Shown piece by piece: positions 1 to 8,282 of a stretch of 22,297 nucleotides of DNA (its first letter is position 1; every line of letters begins with the position of its first letter). The position numbers and the translations under genes were made by a program. Below the pieces are notes generated by a model that saw only the letters and a list, made by a program, of their open reading frames with translations, was not told the origin of the DNA and ran no database searches. The stretch comes from Chthoniobacteraceae bacterium (GTDB taxonomy: Bacteria > Verrucomicrobiota > Verrucomicrobiia > Chthoniobacterales > Chthoniobacteraceae). The stretch is from the NCBI GenBank assembly GCA_037190965.1, contig JBBCKI010000038.1:1-22297 (forward strand), in the 5' to 3' direction.

Positions 1-1085
1 TTGGCCCCACGAATAAAAACGACTGAGGAGAAAATCCGGTACCGAACGCCGAGAGCTACGAGGTTGCTTTCCAATTGCTTGAGATCGGCTTCGAAATTTT
101 CGGCCTGGGCAAATTCGACTCTCCCCCCTTGACTGCCCCCCGCAAAAAAATCCGGCATTGTCCCCTCATACCGCGCCTCAAGTTTCTGGGCCGAAACCTC
201 GGAGATTGCCACCATCGTCACACGCATCAGAGGCGGAAGCTGGTGTAGAGTATTCCCCTTGATCCCGGAAGCCGGATCCTCGAAGCTCCTTTGAAGGCGC
301 GAGTTGTAGAGATAATCGGGCGCAAGCAACGCTCCTCTGGAAGTATCCAAACGCGAAAACGCGGGTTGCATGATCAACGCGACGATATTGTCCGCCAATG
401 GCCGCGCCTTGCCGAGATCGATTGGCGCGCGAAACCACGAATAATCCCCGGAACCCGAGGTCTTATACACATCCAACTCCTCCGACGCCTGCACCAGCTC
501 CATTAATCGAAACCTCGATTTTCCCGTGAAGCTTGCAAACAGCCCGGTTGTGGGGCGAAAGGCCGCATCGTTGTTGAACTGCACGAAGAAGCCACAGGTA
601 TTGAGAAGGTTAGGCATTCCCTTCAAGTCGTCATTGCGCGTTACCCCCAACGGCGCCTGGAAGAAGATTGCCTGGGAGCGAGGAACAACTTGAGTCAAAT
701 TAGGGAGAAGAGTAGCGGCGGGACCGGAAATAAAATGAAGGCTCGAATGCCGTCCATAGCTAGCCGGGGCGATAGCCGGATCGGTCAGGCTGCCGATCAG
801 GTTTCCCGACTTATCGTAGTATGCCCACGTCGTGTTAAGCGCGGCCAGGCTGAGGCGCCGCGTCAACGCTTCGAAGCCGAGGCGCGCCGATTGCCACTCC
901 CTGATTGCCCCCTTCGTATCCTGCCAGATCCGGAAAACATTGTTGCTGAGACTCAGGATCATGATGAGCACGCCGGCCAGGACCGACATTGCGACAAGCA
1001 ACTCGGTCAATGTAAAACCAGGCTCCCGTCTTGTACCGGGAGCGGCGGCCTTAGGCATTTTTAGCACCTTAAGCATTGCTTTCAT
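1..1085 (-). CDS. vccC: Verru_Chthon cassette protein C (prepilin-type N-terminal cleavage/methylation motif), 3'-partial
   Basis: Absent from the ORF track, consistent with running off the window edge. Hand translation from ATG 1085 (ATGA overlap with the upstream stop) gives MKAMLKVLKMPKAAAPGTRREPG|FTLTELLVAMSVLAGVLIMIL...ARLGFEALTRRLSLAALNTTWAYYD...AIFFQAPLG...LLNTCGFFVQF...RFRLMEL...HQLPPLMRVTMVAISE...YRIFSSVVFIRGA. These blocks match my recollection of the family. The start and the edge read in the same frame. Confidence 0.88.
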   Translation of the reverse strand, partial: MKAMLKVLKMPKAAAPGTRREPGFTLTELLVAMSVLAGVLIMILSLSNNVFRIWQDTKGAIREWQSARLGFEALTRRLSLAALNTTWAYYDKSGNLIGSLTDPAIAPASYGRHSSLHFISGPAATLLPNLTQVVPRSQAIFFQAPLGVTRNDDLKGMPNLLNTCGFFVQFNNDAAFRPTTGLFASFTGKSRFRLMELVQASEELDVYKTSGSGDYSWFRAPIDLGKARPLADNIVALIMQPAFSRLDTSRGALLAPDYLYNSRLQRSFEDPASGIKGNTLHQLPPLMRVTMVAISEVSAQKLEARYEGTMPDFFAGGSQGGRVEFAQAENFEADLKQLESNLVALGVRYRIFSSVVFIRGA

Positions 1086-1609
1086 GGTGTGTCCTCACCC
1101 TGTCTGGCGATAAAAAAGCTATAGACCTTCTCCAAAGACGGGCGCGTCGGACTCGTGACGGTGATCCGGATGGAAAGCAGCTTATCCCGATCAATCCCCA
1201 GAACGCTGGAGTTCAGGACCTTTGAAACACATCGATAGATTGCCGATTCGGAATGGGATGCATCCAGGGCGAGCCCCCTCTCGTCGTAGAAGGTCGTTCT
1301 CTCGAGCCCGGACTGACCGCCTTCAGAGCTCTGAGCGACGAGTTTGCCAAAATCGGCAAGGAGATAGTCCGACATAACCTCCTGCGCGATCGCGCTAGTG
1401 ATGCTTGAGTTCATGGCGTCTTCGTACGTCTTGAACCCGGACTGTATCACGACAAAAACGGAAACAAGGGCAACGGCGGCCACGCCAATGGCCAGGGCCA
1501 CTTCAACCAGCGTAAAGGCGTTTCTGAACGAAAACCGCCCACCTCTCCTCCCTGCACAAAAGCCGAGGGCGGCACAAACCATCCATTTGGGAGGGGACGA
1601 TGAGATCAT
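1082..1609 (-). CDS. vccB: Verru_Chthon cassette protein B (type IV pilin-like, ~175 aa)
   Basis: Prepilin motif NA|FTLVEVALAIGVAAVALVSVF with Glu at +5, internal FYDERG motif, small size, directly upstream of and translationally coupled to cassette protein C. The start codon is uncertain. Confidence 0.85.
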   Translation of the reverse strand: MISSSPPKWMVCAALGFCAGRRGGRFSFRNAFTLVEVALAIGVAAVALVSVFVVIQSGFKTYEDAMNSSITSAIAQEVMSDYLLADFGKLVAQSSEGGQSGLERTTFYDERGLALDASHSESAIYRCVSKVLNSSVLGIDRDKLLSIRITVTSPTRPSLEKVYSFFIARQGEDTP

Positions 1610-1662
1610 GAGTAAAGTCTGGGGGGGACCACTTTCAGATAAAAGTGAAGTTTAGGACCTGA

Positions 1663-1690
1663 AATATAATAGAAAATTAAAAGATGTCAA
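1663..1690 (-). promoter_or_regulatory. sigma70-like promoter for the vccB-vccC operon
   Basis: Minus strand TTGACA (1690-1685), 16-nt AT-rich spacer, TATATT (1668-1663), about 55 nt upstream of the vccB start. Confidence 0.6.
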
Positions 1691-2289
1691 GTATCAGAAA
1701 CTCGTCAAAACGTCCCGAGGGGTTCCAGAAAAACGGGACACCATCGGCTCCTCAAAACCCAGACTTTCACTGCCATTCTGGTCCTGCCAGTGGCTTTGTG
1801 AGTCCGAATGTGAAGAGGTGATCCGTTCGTGGACCCGAATTTTCGCTACCGGGTTTTCCAATACGGACTTCACCCGCCTCAACGTCACCTCGGCTGGGGC
1901 CCCTACTCCACCCAGTTCCGCTTCCAGCTTTGGTCGAAATCGGCGAGAGCGGGGCGTAAGCAGCGATGGTGTCGCCGAGTTGCTTCATCTTCCGGAACAT
2001 CTTCTTGCGGCCCCTTTTGCTATCAGCCTATTTAAGGCCGTATCTGTGGATCAATGCGGCAAGCTTCAATGACCTCCGCGCGCCCGTCCAGCCGATTACT
2101 TCAATGCATAACCCACGGAGCTATAGCTATAGCGATCCGTTCCCGAAATCTTTGGAGCACGAACAATGACTCTCTCGTCGTCGCGCACGAGATCGATTCA
2201 ATCCCTGATCCCACGGGCGGTTGAGAACAAAGATAACCGCTCCTGGCTCCCCCGGAGCCCGTTTGAAATGACTGCTTTAGCATGGGGCG

Positions 2290-2318
2290 GTTTTACGCCT
2301 GCAATCTCTATCAGTCAA
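2290..2318 (-). promoter_or_regulatory. second sigma70-like promoter
   Basis: Minus strand TTGACT (2318-2313), N17, TAAAAC (2295-2290), with an AT-rich UP-element-like tract at 2319-2335. Confidence 0.4.
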
Positions 2319-2529
2319 GTATATATTATAATATTCCTGAGTACTGTTTCAAGAAGGGAAAGCTGGCTATCCATCCATCCAGAAGAGATCGAGTTCGCCA
2401 TGTTCGGCGAGTCCAAAGGGGGGGAATGTCCCTCCTGTTTTTCGTGGGACAGGCTCTATTCAACGGCAAACGTTCCAAAACCCCTCATCCCCCCCTTCGG
2501 AAGACTCCAGAGAGGAAGAGCTGAATGGC

Positions 2530-4608
2530 TCAAACCGCGCCCGCTCCCTCCAGGATCCGCCGTACCGCTGGACGGCGATAAGTGACAACCAGGCGGGCTC
2601 CCGCCCGGGTCAACGCCGAATAAACCAGGCGCGTATTGTCCCGTCGTTGTTCAAGGCGATCCTCGGGTGCCACCCCGAGCGTATCCTCCTTCTCGAAAAT
2701 CGTATCGAGCCCACAAATGAACACCACCGGCCGTTCAACCCCCGGAACCGCATGGATGGAACAGACCCCGACGCATTCATCCGCGCTTCGGGGGTCTCCG
2801 AGGTCCTTCAAATTACGCCCGACCTTGCTCTTCATCACGGCATCGAGCGTCGTGATAAATTCGTTAACGGAGGACCCGTCCGGCAGGATCACAAGGAAAT
2901 GCGCCGGGCGTCTGCCTTTGCGGATGGCCGCAGCGATTTCATTGGCCACCCGGCCCCGCTCGGCCTGCTGGCTGTCGACATGGAGCAACTGCGGAGACTC
3001 GCCGGGAGCCATCGCCGCAAGCACCTCCGGCTCGGGGAGGTTGATCTCTTCGTCATCCTCCGGAAGGCGGCTCCGGTAAAACCGGGCAGCGAAGTGGAGA
3101 ATCGCCTGCGTGTTGCGATAAGCATGGCGGAGCCGCACCGAGTGCCCCCGCATCTCCAGCCCCGAGTACGCCCATGACTGACGCCGCTTCAGGAATCCCT
3201 GTGTGGGGTCCGCGGCGAGGAAAAGCCCTCCATGCCCCGGAGCGAGACACCGGTTCACCAGTCGCAGCCAGACCGGCGCAAAAAACTGAGCCTCATCGAC
3301 GAGAATCAGATCGTAGCTCGGCGGCTGAACCCGCCCCTGCTCCACGCTTCGCCAGACAGAGAGCGCAACGCCTGGCCAGTCATTGAGGCCCTGGCGGTTC
3401 AGGGCGTCCTGATATGTCCGCAGCAAGGCGAAAACCGTGCGCCGCTGCTCCTCGTTTAACGGGCGCACCCGTCCCGCCCTCGCGGCGGCAAGGTATTGCG
3501 CCTCGCGATAGAAGCCCTGATCCCGAATCCAATCGAGTTCATCGAGGAGGAACGGGATCGTCAGCCGTTTCAATGCCTCGCTTCCGGCGATCAGCCTTTG
3601 CACGAGTTCCACGCGTTTCCAGCCCTCGATAATCTTCCACCCCCTCCCCGACACCTTTTGACACCATTGATAAAAGGTAAGCGCCGGATGCCGGTTCCCA
3701 CGGCAGAGCCGGTTAAACCGGTCACGCAGTTCACCCGTGAGTGGGCGGTTATGGGTCAGAATCACGATTCGCGCACTGGGGTGGAGCATGGTGCAGAGCA
3801 TCGCCCTGTAGAGGAGCACTAGGCTCTTTCCGCTTCCAGCCACGCCGGTCACCAGCTTGAGGCGGCGTTCGCCCACTACACCGGCGGCTTCCACAGGGAG
3901 CGCAAGGTCCTCTTTCGCCAGCCACTCCTGGTCGAGGTCGAGCAGGTAGCTCCCGAGGCGCGCGCTCCAGTCTCGATCAGGCTTCTCCTCGCGGGCCACG
4001 AAGGAAGGTGGGATTGTGACCTCGGGGTTAAACCGCTCCCGCAACGTGCGAAGGAGCGCCGGCGGCAACTCCCCGGGACCATTTTCCGGGGCAGCAAGGA
4101 CGCTTGCAAGGGTTTCGGCGCGTAACGCTTCCCTTCCCCATAGCTCATACTCAGCGCACCCCGCCTTTTCTGCCGCTCGCATTCTTTGGGCCACCTGATC
4201 GAGGAGCTCCTGCGGCATGAGGGGGAACGCAACCACGCAACGCAGCGCCAAGCTCGCCGCGACCTGCCGTGCATCCACCCCATCAAGAACCTCCTGACGA
4301 AATTGCCGCAGTTGATCGCGCTCCTTGGCGGCGATCTCTTTTGCGGAAATGGTGCCCCCCGGCGAGGCGAAAAGATCGCCGTGGAGAGCCGTTTCCACCT
4401 CGGCTTCGGTAAGAGGCGATACGGCGAAGAGATGAGCGCTCCGGCCGGAATGAACCGCCATCAGATCGGGCCGCCACTTCTCTGGGGCGATCGGCAGCTT
4501 CAGCCAGACATGGAGGTCGTCGCCGGGAATTCGCCGCAACGCGTGCAGCACCTTCGCCACTTCGGGCGAGATGGTTCCCACCGGCTTGTTTGGATAAAGA
4601 CGCGCCAT
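2530..4608 (-). CDS. UvrD/Rep-like SF1 helicase with an N-terminal degenerate NERD-like domain (692 aa)
   Basis: Motifs: Q (LDLDQ), I (GVAGSGKS), Ia (LTHNRPL), II (DEAQ), III (ADPTQ), IV (YRNT), V (SIHAVPGVE), VI (YSALTRA). The N-terminus MARLYP...SPE..V...L...WRPDLMAVH resembles NERD-helicase fusions. Confidence 0.85.
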   Translation of the reverse strand: MARLYPNKPVGTISPEVAKVLHALRRIPGDDLHVWLKLPIAPEKWRPDLMAVHSGRSAHLFAVSPLTEAEVETALHGDLFASPGGTISAKEIAAKERDQLRQFRQEVLDGVDARQVAASLALRCVVAFPLMPQELLDQVAQRMRAAEKAGCAEYELWGREALRAETLASVLAAPENGPGELPPALLRTLRERFNPEVTIPPSFVAREEKPDRDWSARLGSYLLDLDQEWLAKEDLALPVEAAGVVGERRLKLVTGVAGSGKSLVLLYRAMLCTMLHPSARIVILTHNRPLTGELRDRFNRLCRGNRHPALTFYQWCQKVSGRGWKIIEGWKRVELVQRLIAGSEALKRLTIPFLLDELDWIRDQGFYREAQYLAAARAGRVRPLNEEQRRTVFALLRTYQDALNRQGLNDWPGVALSVWRSVEQGRVQPPSYDLILVDEAQFFAPVWLRLVNRCLAPGHGGLFLAADPTQGFLKRRQSWAYSGLEMRGHSVRLRHAYRNTQAILHFAARFYRSRLPEDDEEINLPEPEVLAAMAPGESPQLLHVDSQQAERGRVANEIAAAIRKGRRPAHFLVILPDGSSVNEFITTLDAVMKSKVGRNLKDLGDPRSADECVGVCSIHAVPGVERPVVFICGLDTIFEKEDTLGVAPEDRLEQRRDNTRLVYSALTRAGARLVVTYRRPAVRRILEGAGAV

Positions 4609-4614
4609 TACCGC

Positions 4615-6375
4615 CTACATCGTGACGAGATGGCATTCCCTGCGCAATGTTTTCCAGAGATCGAGCAGTTCGGCGTGCTCGGGGTCGAACGATTCGAGCC
4701 GGTCGATCTCCGCGCTGGCAAGGAGGATGGTTTTGCTGCGGGCGCGGGTAACGGCAACGTTCAGGCGTTGCGGCTGCAACAGAAACTTCAGCACCATCCG
4801 CAGATAATCAGGCTCCGACGCGGTCATCGAGACAATCACCACCTCCCGTTCCTGCCCCTGCATCCGCTCGACGGTGTCGATGACACATTCAGTAAGATCA
4901 CATAGCTGAATCTCCGTCCGGGCCTTGAGCGAGCGGCGAATCTGCCGCGCCTGCCGCCGGAATGGAACTACGACCGCGACCGAGGAAAGCCCGATGCCGG
5001 AGCGCTTCAGCGCGACCAGGAGATGGGTGGCAACATCGGCCTCATCGCGCGAGGAGCGGCGGGCGGCTCGATGCTCCAGCTCGACCCGCACCAGCGGCGT
5101 CTCCGGGGCGAGCACCTCCCGGAAATCTTCGGGCGACGCCTGGGGGAATGCGAGTCGCCTTCCGGCGTTCCCTTGCGCGGCTTGGAGCCTTCCGCTATAG
5201 AACGCCTCCGCAGGCCATCGGATCAATTCCCGGTTCATTCGGTAGGTTGTATCGAGCATGGTCCGGAAACCGCCGCCCTCCAGCCGCCCAAACACCGATA
5301 TCCCAGGCGCGTCGGCGGGGTCAAATGTCATTGTCACCGGCGGGAGCTGGCGATGGTCACCGATGAATACATAGGCATCCCCGGCGAGCATTGCCATCAC
5401 CGCGAGCGGGAGTGTTACCTGGCTGGCTTCGTCGATGATCACCGCGTCGAACTCCACCCCTTTGAGCCGCTTGCTCCGCGCCGTGAATGGCGTCGCGCCC
5501 ACCACGTAGCCTCCCTGTTCAGAAGCCAGCGGGGAATCGGCAAAGGAATGATACCACGGCACACGGAGATCGGTGTCATGCACCTCCCGCCCGATCTTCA
5601 CGACGCTGCCGATTTCGGGACCCACCCGTACGATCATGTTGAGGGCGTTATGGATGGCGCGGTGCGTCAGCGACGTCACCAGCACCCGTTCGCCCCGGGC
5701 CACGCGCTGCCGCACGATCTGCGCGAGAACATAAGTTTTTCCGGTTCCCGGCGGTCCCTGCACAAGGTGGCAAAGCCGGGTGGCCACTCCCTGCGCGATG
5801 GCCTCACTCTGACTCTCGTTGACCCCCTCTTTTTCAGCGGCTTCCATCGCCTGCTCGAAGGCGGCGATATCAATCGACGGCGTCGACTGCCCGCTCAGGA
5901 GGGGCAGAATCCGCTCCCTACCGCGCGCCGTGGCGCTCAAATCGGCAATCGCCTTTTGGTAGAACGATTCTAGGTCGATGTACGAAGGATCGAGCGCTCG
6001 TTCCCCGATCGCCAATTCTCCCAGGAGGGAGGATACCTCCCGCGTCGGCTCGATCCAGACTTCCTCGTCGTCCACCCGGTAAAGCGTGCCATCAAACTCC
6101 GGCAACCGGGGATCCCCCCGGCTGATCCTCACAAGATCGCCTTCCCGAAGGTCCGAGGAATTCCCGCCCATACACCGGAAATGGAGAAAACGGTCCTTCT
6201 CGCGGGCGACAAACTTCAAACGGGCGATGCACCGGCCCTTGTCCAGCCGCTGGGCCACAGGAAGTTCCCAAAGCGATTCGAACGCCCGCCGCAAGGCCTC
6301 CGACTCGCGCCGCTGCATTTCCGCCAGTTCCTTCTGGAAAACAAGAAGCGTTTCTTCGCTCATGCGGTTCTTCAA
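4615..6375 (-). CDS. Dna2/Upf1-like SF1B helicase (AAA_11/AAA_12 type, 586 aa)
   Basis: Motifs: NESQSEAI, QGPPGTGKT, TSLTHRAIHN, IIDEASQ, GDHRQLPP, YRMN, DTVERMQGQERE, RLNVAVTRAR. The N-terminal stalk/barrel-like segment LW....R...GRCI...LREGD resembles the region preceding the Dna2 helicase core. Confidence 0.9.
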   Translation of the reverse strand: MKNRMSEETLLVFQKELAEMQRRESEALRRAFESLWELPVAQRLDKGRCIARLKFVAREKDRFLHFRCMGGNSSDLREGDLVRISRGDPRLPEFDGTLYRVDDEEVWIEPTREVSSLLGELAIGERALDPSYIDLESFYQKAIADLSATARGRERILPLLSGQSTPSIDIAAFEQAMEAAEKEGVNESQSEAIAQGVATRLCHLVQGPPGTGKTYVLAQIVRQRVARGERVLVTSLTHRAIHNALNMIVRVGPEIGSVVKIGREVHDTDLRVPWYHSFADSPLASEQGGYVVGATPFTARSKRLKGVEFDAVIIDEASQVTLPLAVMAMLAGDAYVFIGDHRQLPPVTMTFDPADAPGISVFGRLEGGGFRTMLDTTYRMNRELIRWPAEAFYSGRLQAAQGNAGRRLAFPQASPEDFREVLAPETPLVRVELEHRAARRSSRDEADVATHLLVALKRSGIGLSSVAVVVPFRRQARQIRRSLKARTEIQLCDLTECVIDTVERMQGQEREVVIVSMTASEPDYLRMVLKFLLQPQRLNVAVTRARSKTILLASAEIDRLESFDPEHAELLDLWKTLRRECHLVTM

Positions 6376-6551
6376 TATCTGGATACGGCGGCAAAATCAA
6401 CGGGAAGCCGCCTGGACTTCTGCGTGCGGATTGATTCCAGCCCACCCACCTATATCTACCAGCCGCGCGCTCCTTCCCGCCGAGGTTAGCACAAAAGATT
6501 CGGAAGGGATTTACCAAGCTCTCCGATGGCATTAATCTCGGGAGATATCCG

Positions 6552-7508
6552 ATGCACACCACGACGCCCTCCCCCTGCTGTCTGCCGAGTGCGCAGGCAT
6601 TCTCCTCCAACCCTATTGACGTTCCGGCCTTCCGGCGCGTCACCTCCGGCTGCACCGGGGGAATGGTCCGCCTGGAGGGGGGAACGTTCCTGATGGGGAC
6701 CGACTATGCGCAAGGGTTTCCGGCCGATGGCGAGGGACCCATACGCGAGATCGCCGTCTCGCCGTTCTGGATCGACGCCTGCGCGGTTACCAACGCGCAA
6801 TTCGCGGAGTTCATCGAAGCCACGGGCTATCGCACCGACGCGGACCGCTACGGATGGTCATTTGTATTTCACCTGCACGTTCCCGCCAAAATCCCATTCG
6901 AGGGAAACCCGGTTAATATTCCATGGTGGCGGAATGTCAGCCGCGCCAACTGGCGCCGCCCCGAAGGGCCTGGCACCCAACTGCGCGGGCGAAAGGATCA
7001 CCCGGTGGCCCATGTTTCCTGGAACGATGCGATGGCATATTGCCAATGGGCGGGCAAGCGGCTCCCCACGGAAGCGGAATGGGAATTCGCGGCCCGGGGC
7101 GGCCTGGCACAGAAACTCTACCCTTGGGGGGACGAACTGACGCCGGGAGGAAAACACCGTTGCAATATCTGGCAGGGCGACTTCCCCCGCCACGACACCG
7201 CCGAGGATGGGTGGTCGGGCACCTGCCCGACGAAAAACTATCCGCCCAATGGTTACGACCTCTACTGCATGACGGGGAACGTCTGGGAATGGTGTTACGA
7301 CCGCTTTTCCGCAACCTGGCACCGCGACCCAGGGGCCGCGAAAACCGACCCGCTCGGCCCGGAGACCGGCGACCGGCGGGTTCAGAAGGGTGGCTCATTC
7401 CTTTGCCATCACTCCTATTGCAACCGCTACCGCGTCGCCGCCCGGACTTCCAACACGCCGGACACCTCCGCCGCCAATTCCGGCTTCCGGTGTGTTCGCG
7501 ACATTTGA
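6552..7508 (+). CDS. Formylglycine-generating enzyme (SUMF1/FGE-sulfatase family)
   Basis: FLMG, VTNAQF, HPVAHVSWNDA, RLPTEAEWEFAARGG, GNVWEW, KGGSFLCHHSYCNRYRVAAR (both active-site Cys) and GFRC; N-terminal PCCLP motif. Confidence 0.93.
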   Translation: MHTTTPSPCCLPSAQAFSSNPIDVPAFRRVTSGCTGGMVRLEGGTFLMGTDYAQGFPADGEGPIREIAVSPFWIDACAVTNAQFAEFIEATGYRTDADRYGWSFVFHLHVPAKIPFEGNPVNIPWWRNVSRANWRRPEGPGTQLRGRKDHPVAHVSWNDAMAYCQWAGKRLPTEAEWEFAARGGLAQKLYPWGDELTPGGKHRCNIWQGDFPRHDTAEDGWSGTCPTKNYPPNGYDLYCMTGNVWEWCYDRFSATWHRDPGAAKTDPLGPETGDRRVQKGGSFLCHHSYCNRYRVAARTSNTPDTSAANSGFRCVRDI

Positions 7509-7536
7509 TGTTTTTACAAAGTCGCTGAAGTTTAGT

Positions 7537-8196
7537 TCAAAAGTGCGCGAAAACTTGTTCCTTCGGGAAGCGCACCTTGGGTGCTGTCGCATATTTGTCC
7601 GATGAGGTTCGGTAGCCGAGCGTTGCAATAACAGCGCTCGCAAATCCTTGCTTGTTCAGGCCGAGGATCTCATCGTATTGCGCGCGATCGAAACCTTCCA
7701 TTGGGCAGGCATCAATACCGAGCAAAGCGGCACTGGTCAGGAGATTGCCCAACGCAATATAGGCCTGGTTGCGCGCCCAAGCGTTCCTGGCCTGTTCGTC
7801 CATGCGATTTACGATTCCGCCCACCATCATTTCGCGAAAAGGGGCCAGGGATTCGACTGAAACGCCGCGCACGATAGCTGTGCGATGGACCAACGCGTCC
7901 ACATCCGCTTCGCCAAAATTCTGCTTAGCCGCGAACACCATCAGATGGGACGCATTCGTGATCTGAAGTTGCCCATACGAAACAGGCAACAGCCTGGCGC
8001 GCACGGCGGGATCAGTTACAACGATGAATTTCCAAGGCTGCAACCCGCTACTGGATGGCGTAAGAAGCAGCGCCTCTTCCAGGGCAGCCCAGTCCTGGGA
8101 GCTGATCTTGCAACTGGGATCGAACTCCTTGGTGGCGTAACGCCAGTTTAGCCGATCCAGCAGTTGTCGAGAGGTAACCGTAGAATTGTTGTCCAT
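7537..8196 (-). CDS. NAD(P)H-dependent nitroreductase (NfsB-like flavoprotein)
   Basis: LNWRYATKEFD, PSSSGLQPWKF, QAYIALG, GIDACPMEGFD, LGYR and KVRF motifs. I moved the start from 8226 to ATG 8196. Confidence 0.92.
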   Translation of the reverse strand: MDNNSTVTSRQLLDRLNWRYATKEFDPSCKISSQDWAALEEALLLTPSSSGLQPWKFIVVTDPAVRARLLPVSYGQLQITNASHLMVFAAKQNFGEADVDALVHRTAIVRGVSVESLAPFREMMVGGIVNRMDEQARNAWARNQAYIALGNLLTSAALLGIDACPMEGFDRAQYDEILGLNKQGFASAVIATLGYRTSSDKYATAPKVRFPKEQVFAHF

Positions 8197-8250
8197 AGGC
8201 CGAATCTTACGGTATCCATTCGACACCGGATAATGCCGATTGGAGATTGC

Positions 8251-8273
8251 GGTGATGCAAATTTTGCATCACC
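8251..8273. promoter_or_regulatory. LysR-type operator (perfect inverted repeat containing T-N11-A)
   Basis: GGTGATGCAAA-T-TTTGCATCACC with 11-bp perfect arms and T8256-N11-A8268, between the divergent nitroreductase and LysR genes. Confidence 0.75.
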
Positions 8274-8282
8274 TTTGCAATC

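Noticed and set aside
121..150. Homopolymer runs (C6, C6, A7) in vccC as a possible frameshift or phase-variation site
   Set aside because: The reading frame is intact through them and yields a family-like C-terminus; the runs are short.
1694..2585. Small ORFs in the intergenic region (e.g. 1767..2000, 1966..2169, 2166..2585)
   Set aside because: No recognisable motifs, mutually overlapping and lacking clear RBSs, so not called as genes.
4186..5973. Long plus-strand ORFs 4186..4905 (239 aa) and 5023..5973 (316 aa)
   Set aside because: Antisense shadows of the GC-rich helicase genes with no recognisable motifs.
2530..6375. Assignment of the helicase pair to Gabija, RecBCD/AddAB or housekeeping uvrD
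   Set aside because: No OLD/TOPRIM nuclease partner, no C-terminal RecB nuclease domain, and the architecture differs from canonical UvrD/PcrA.
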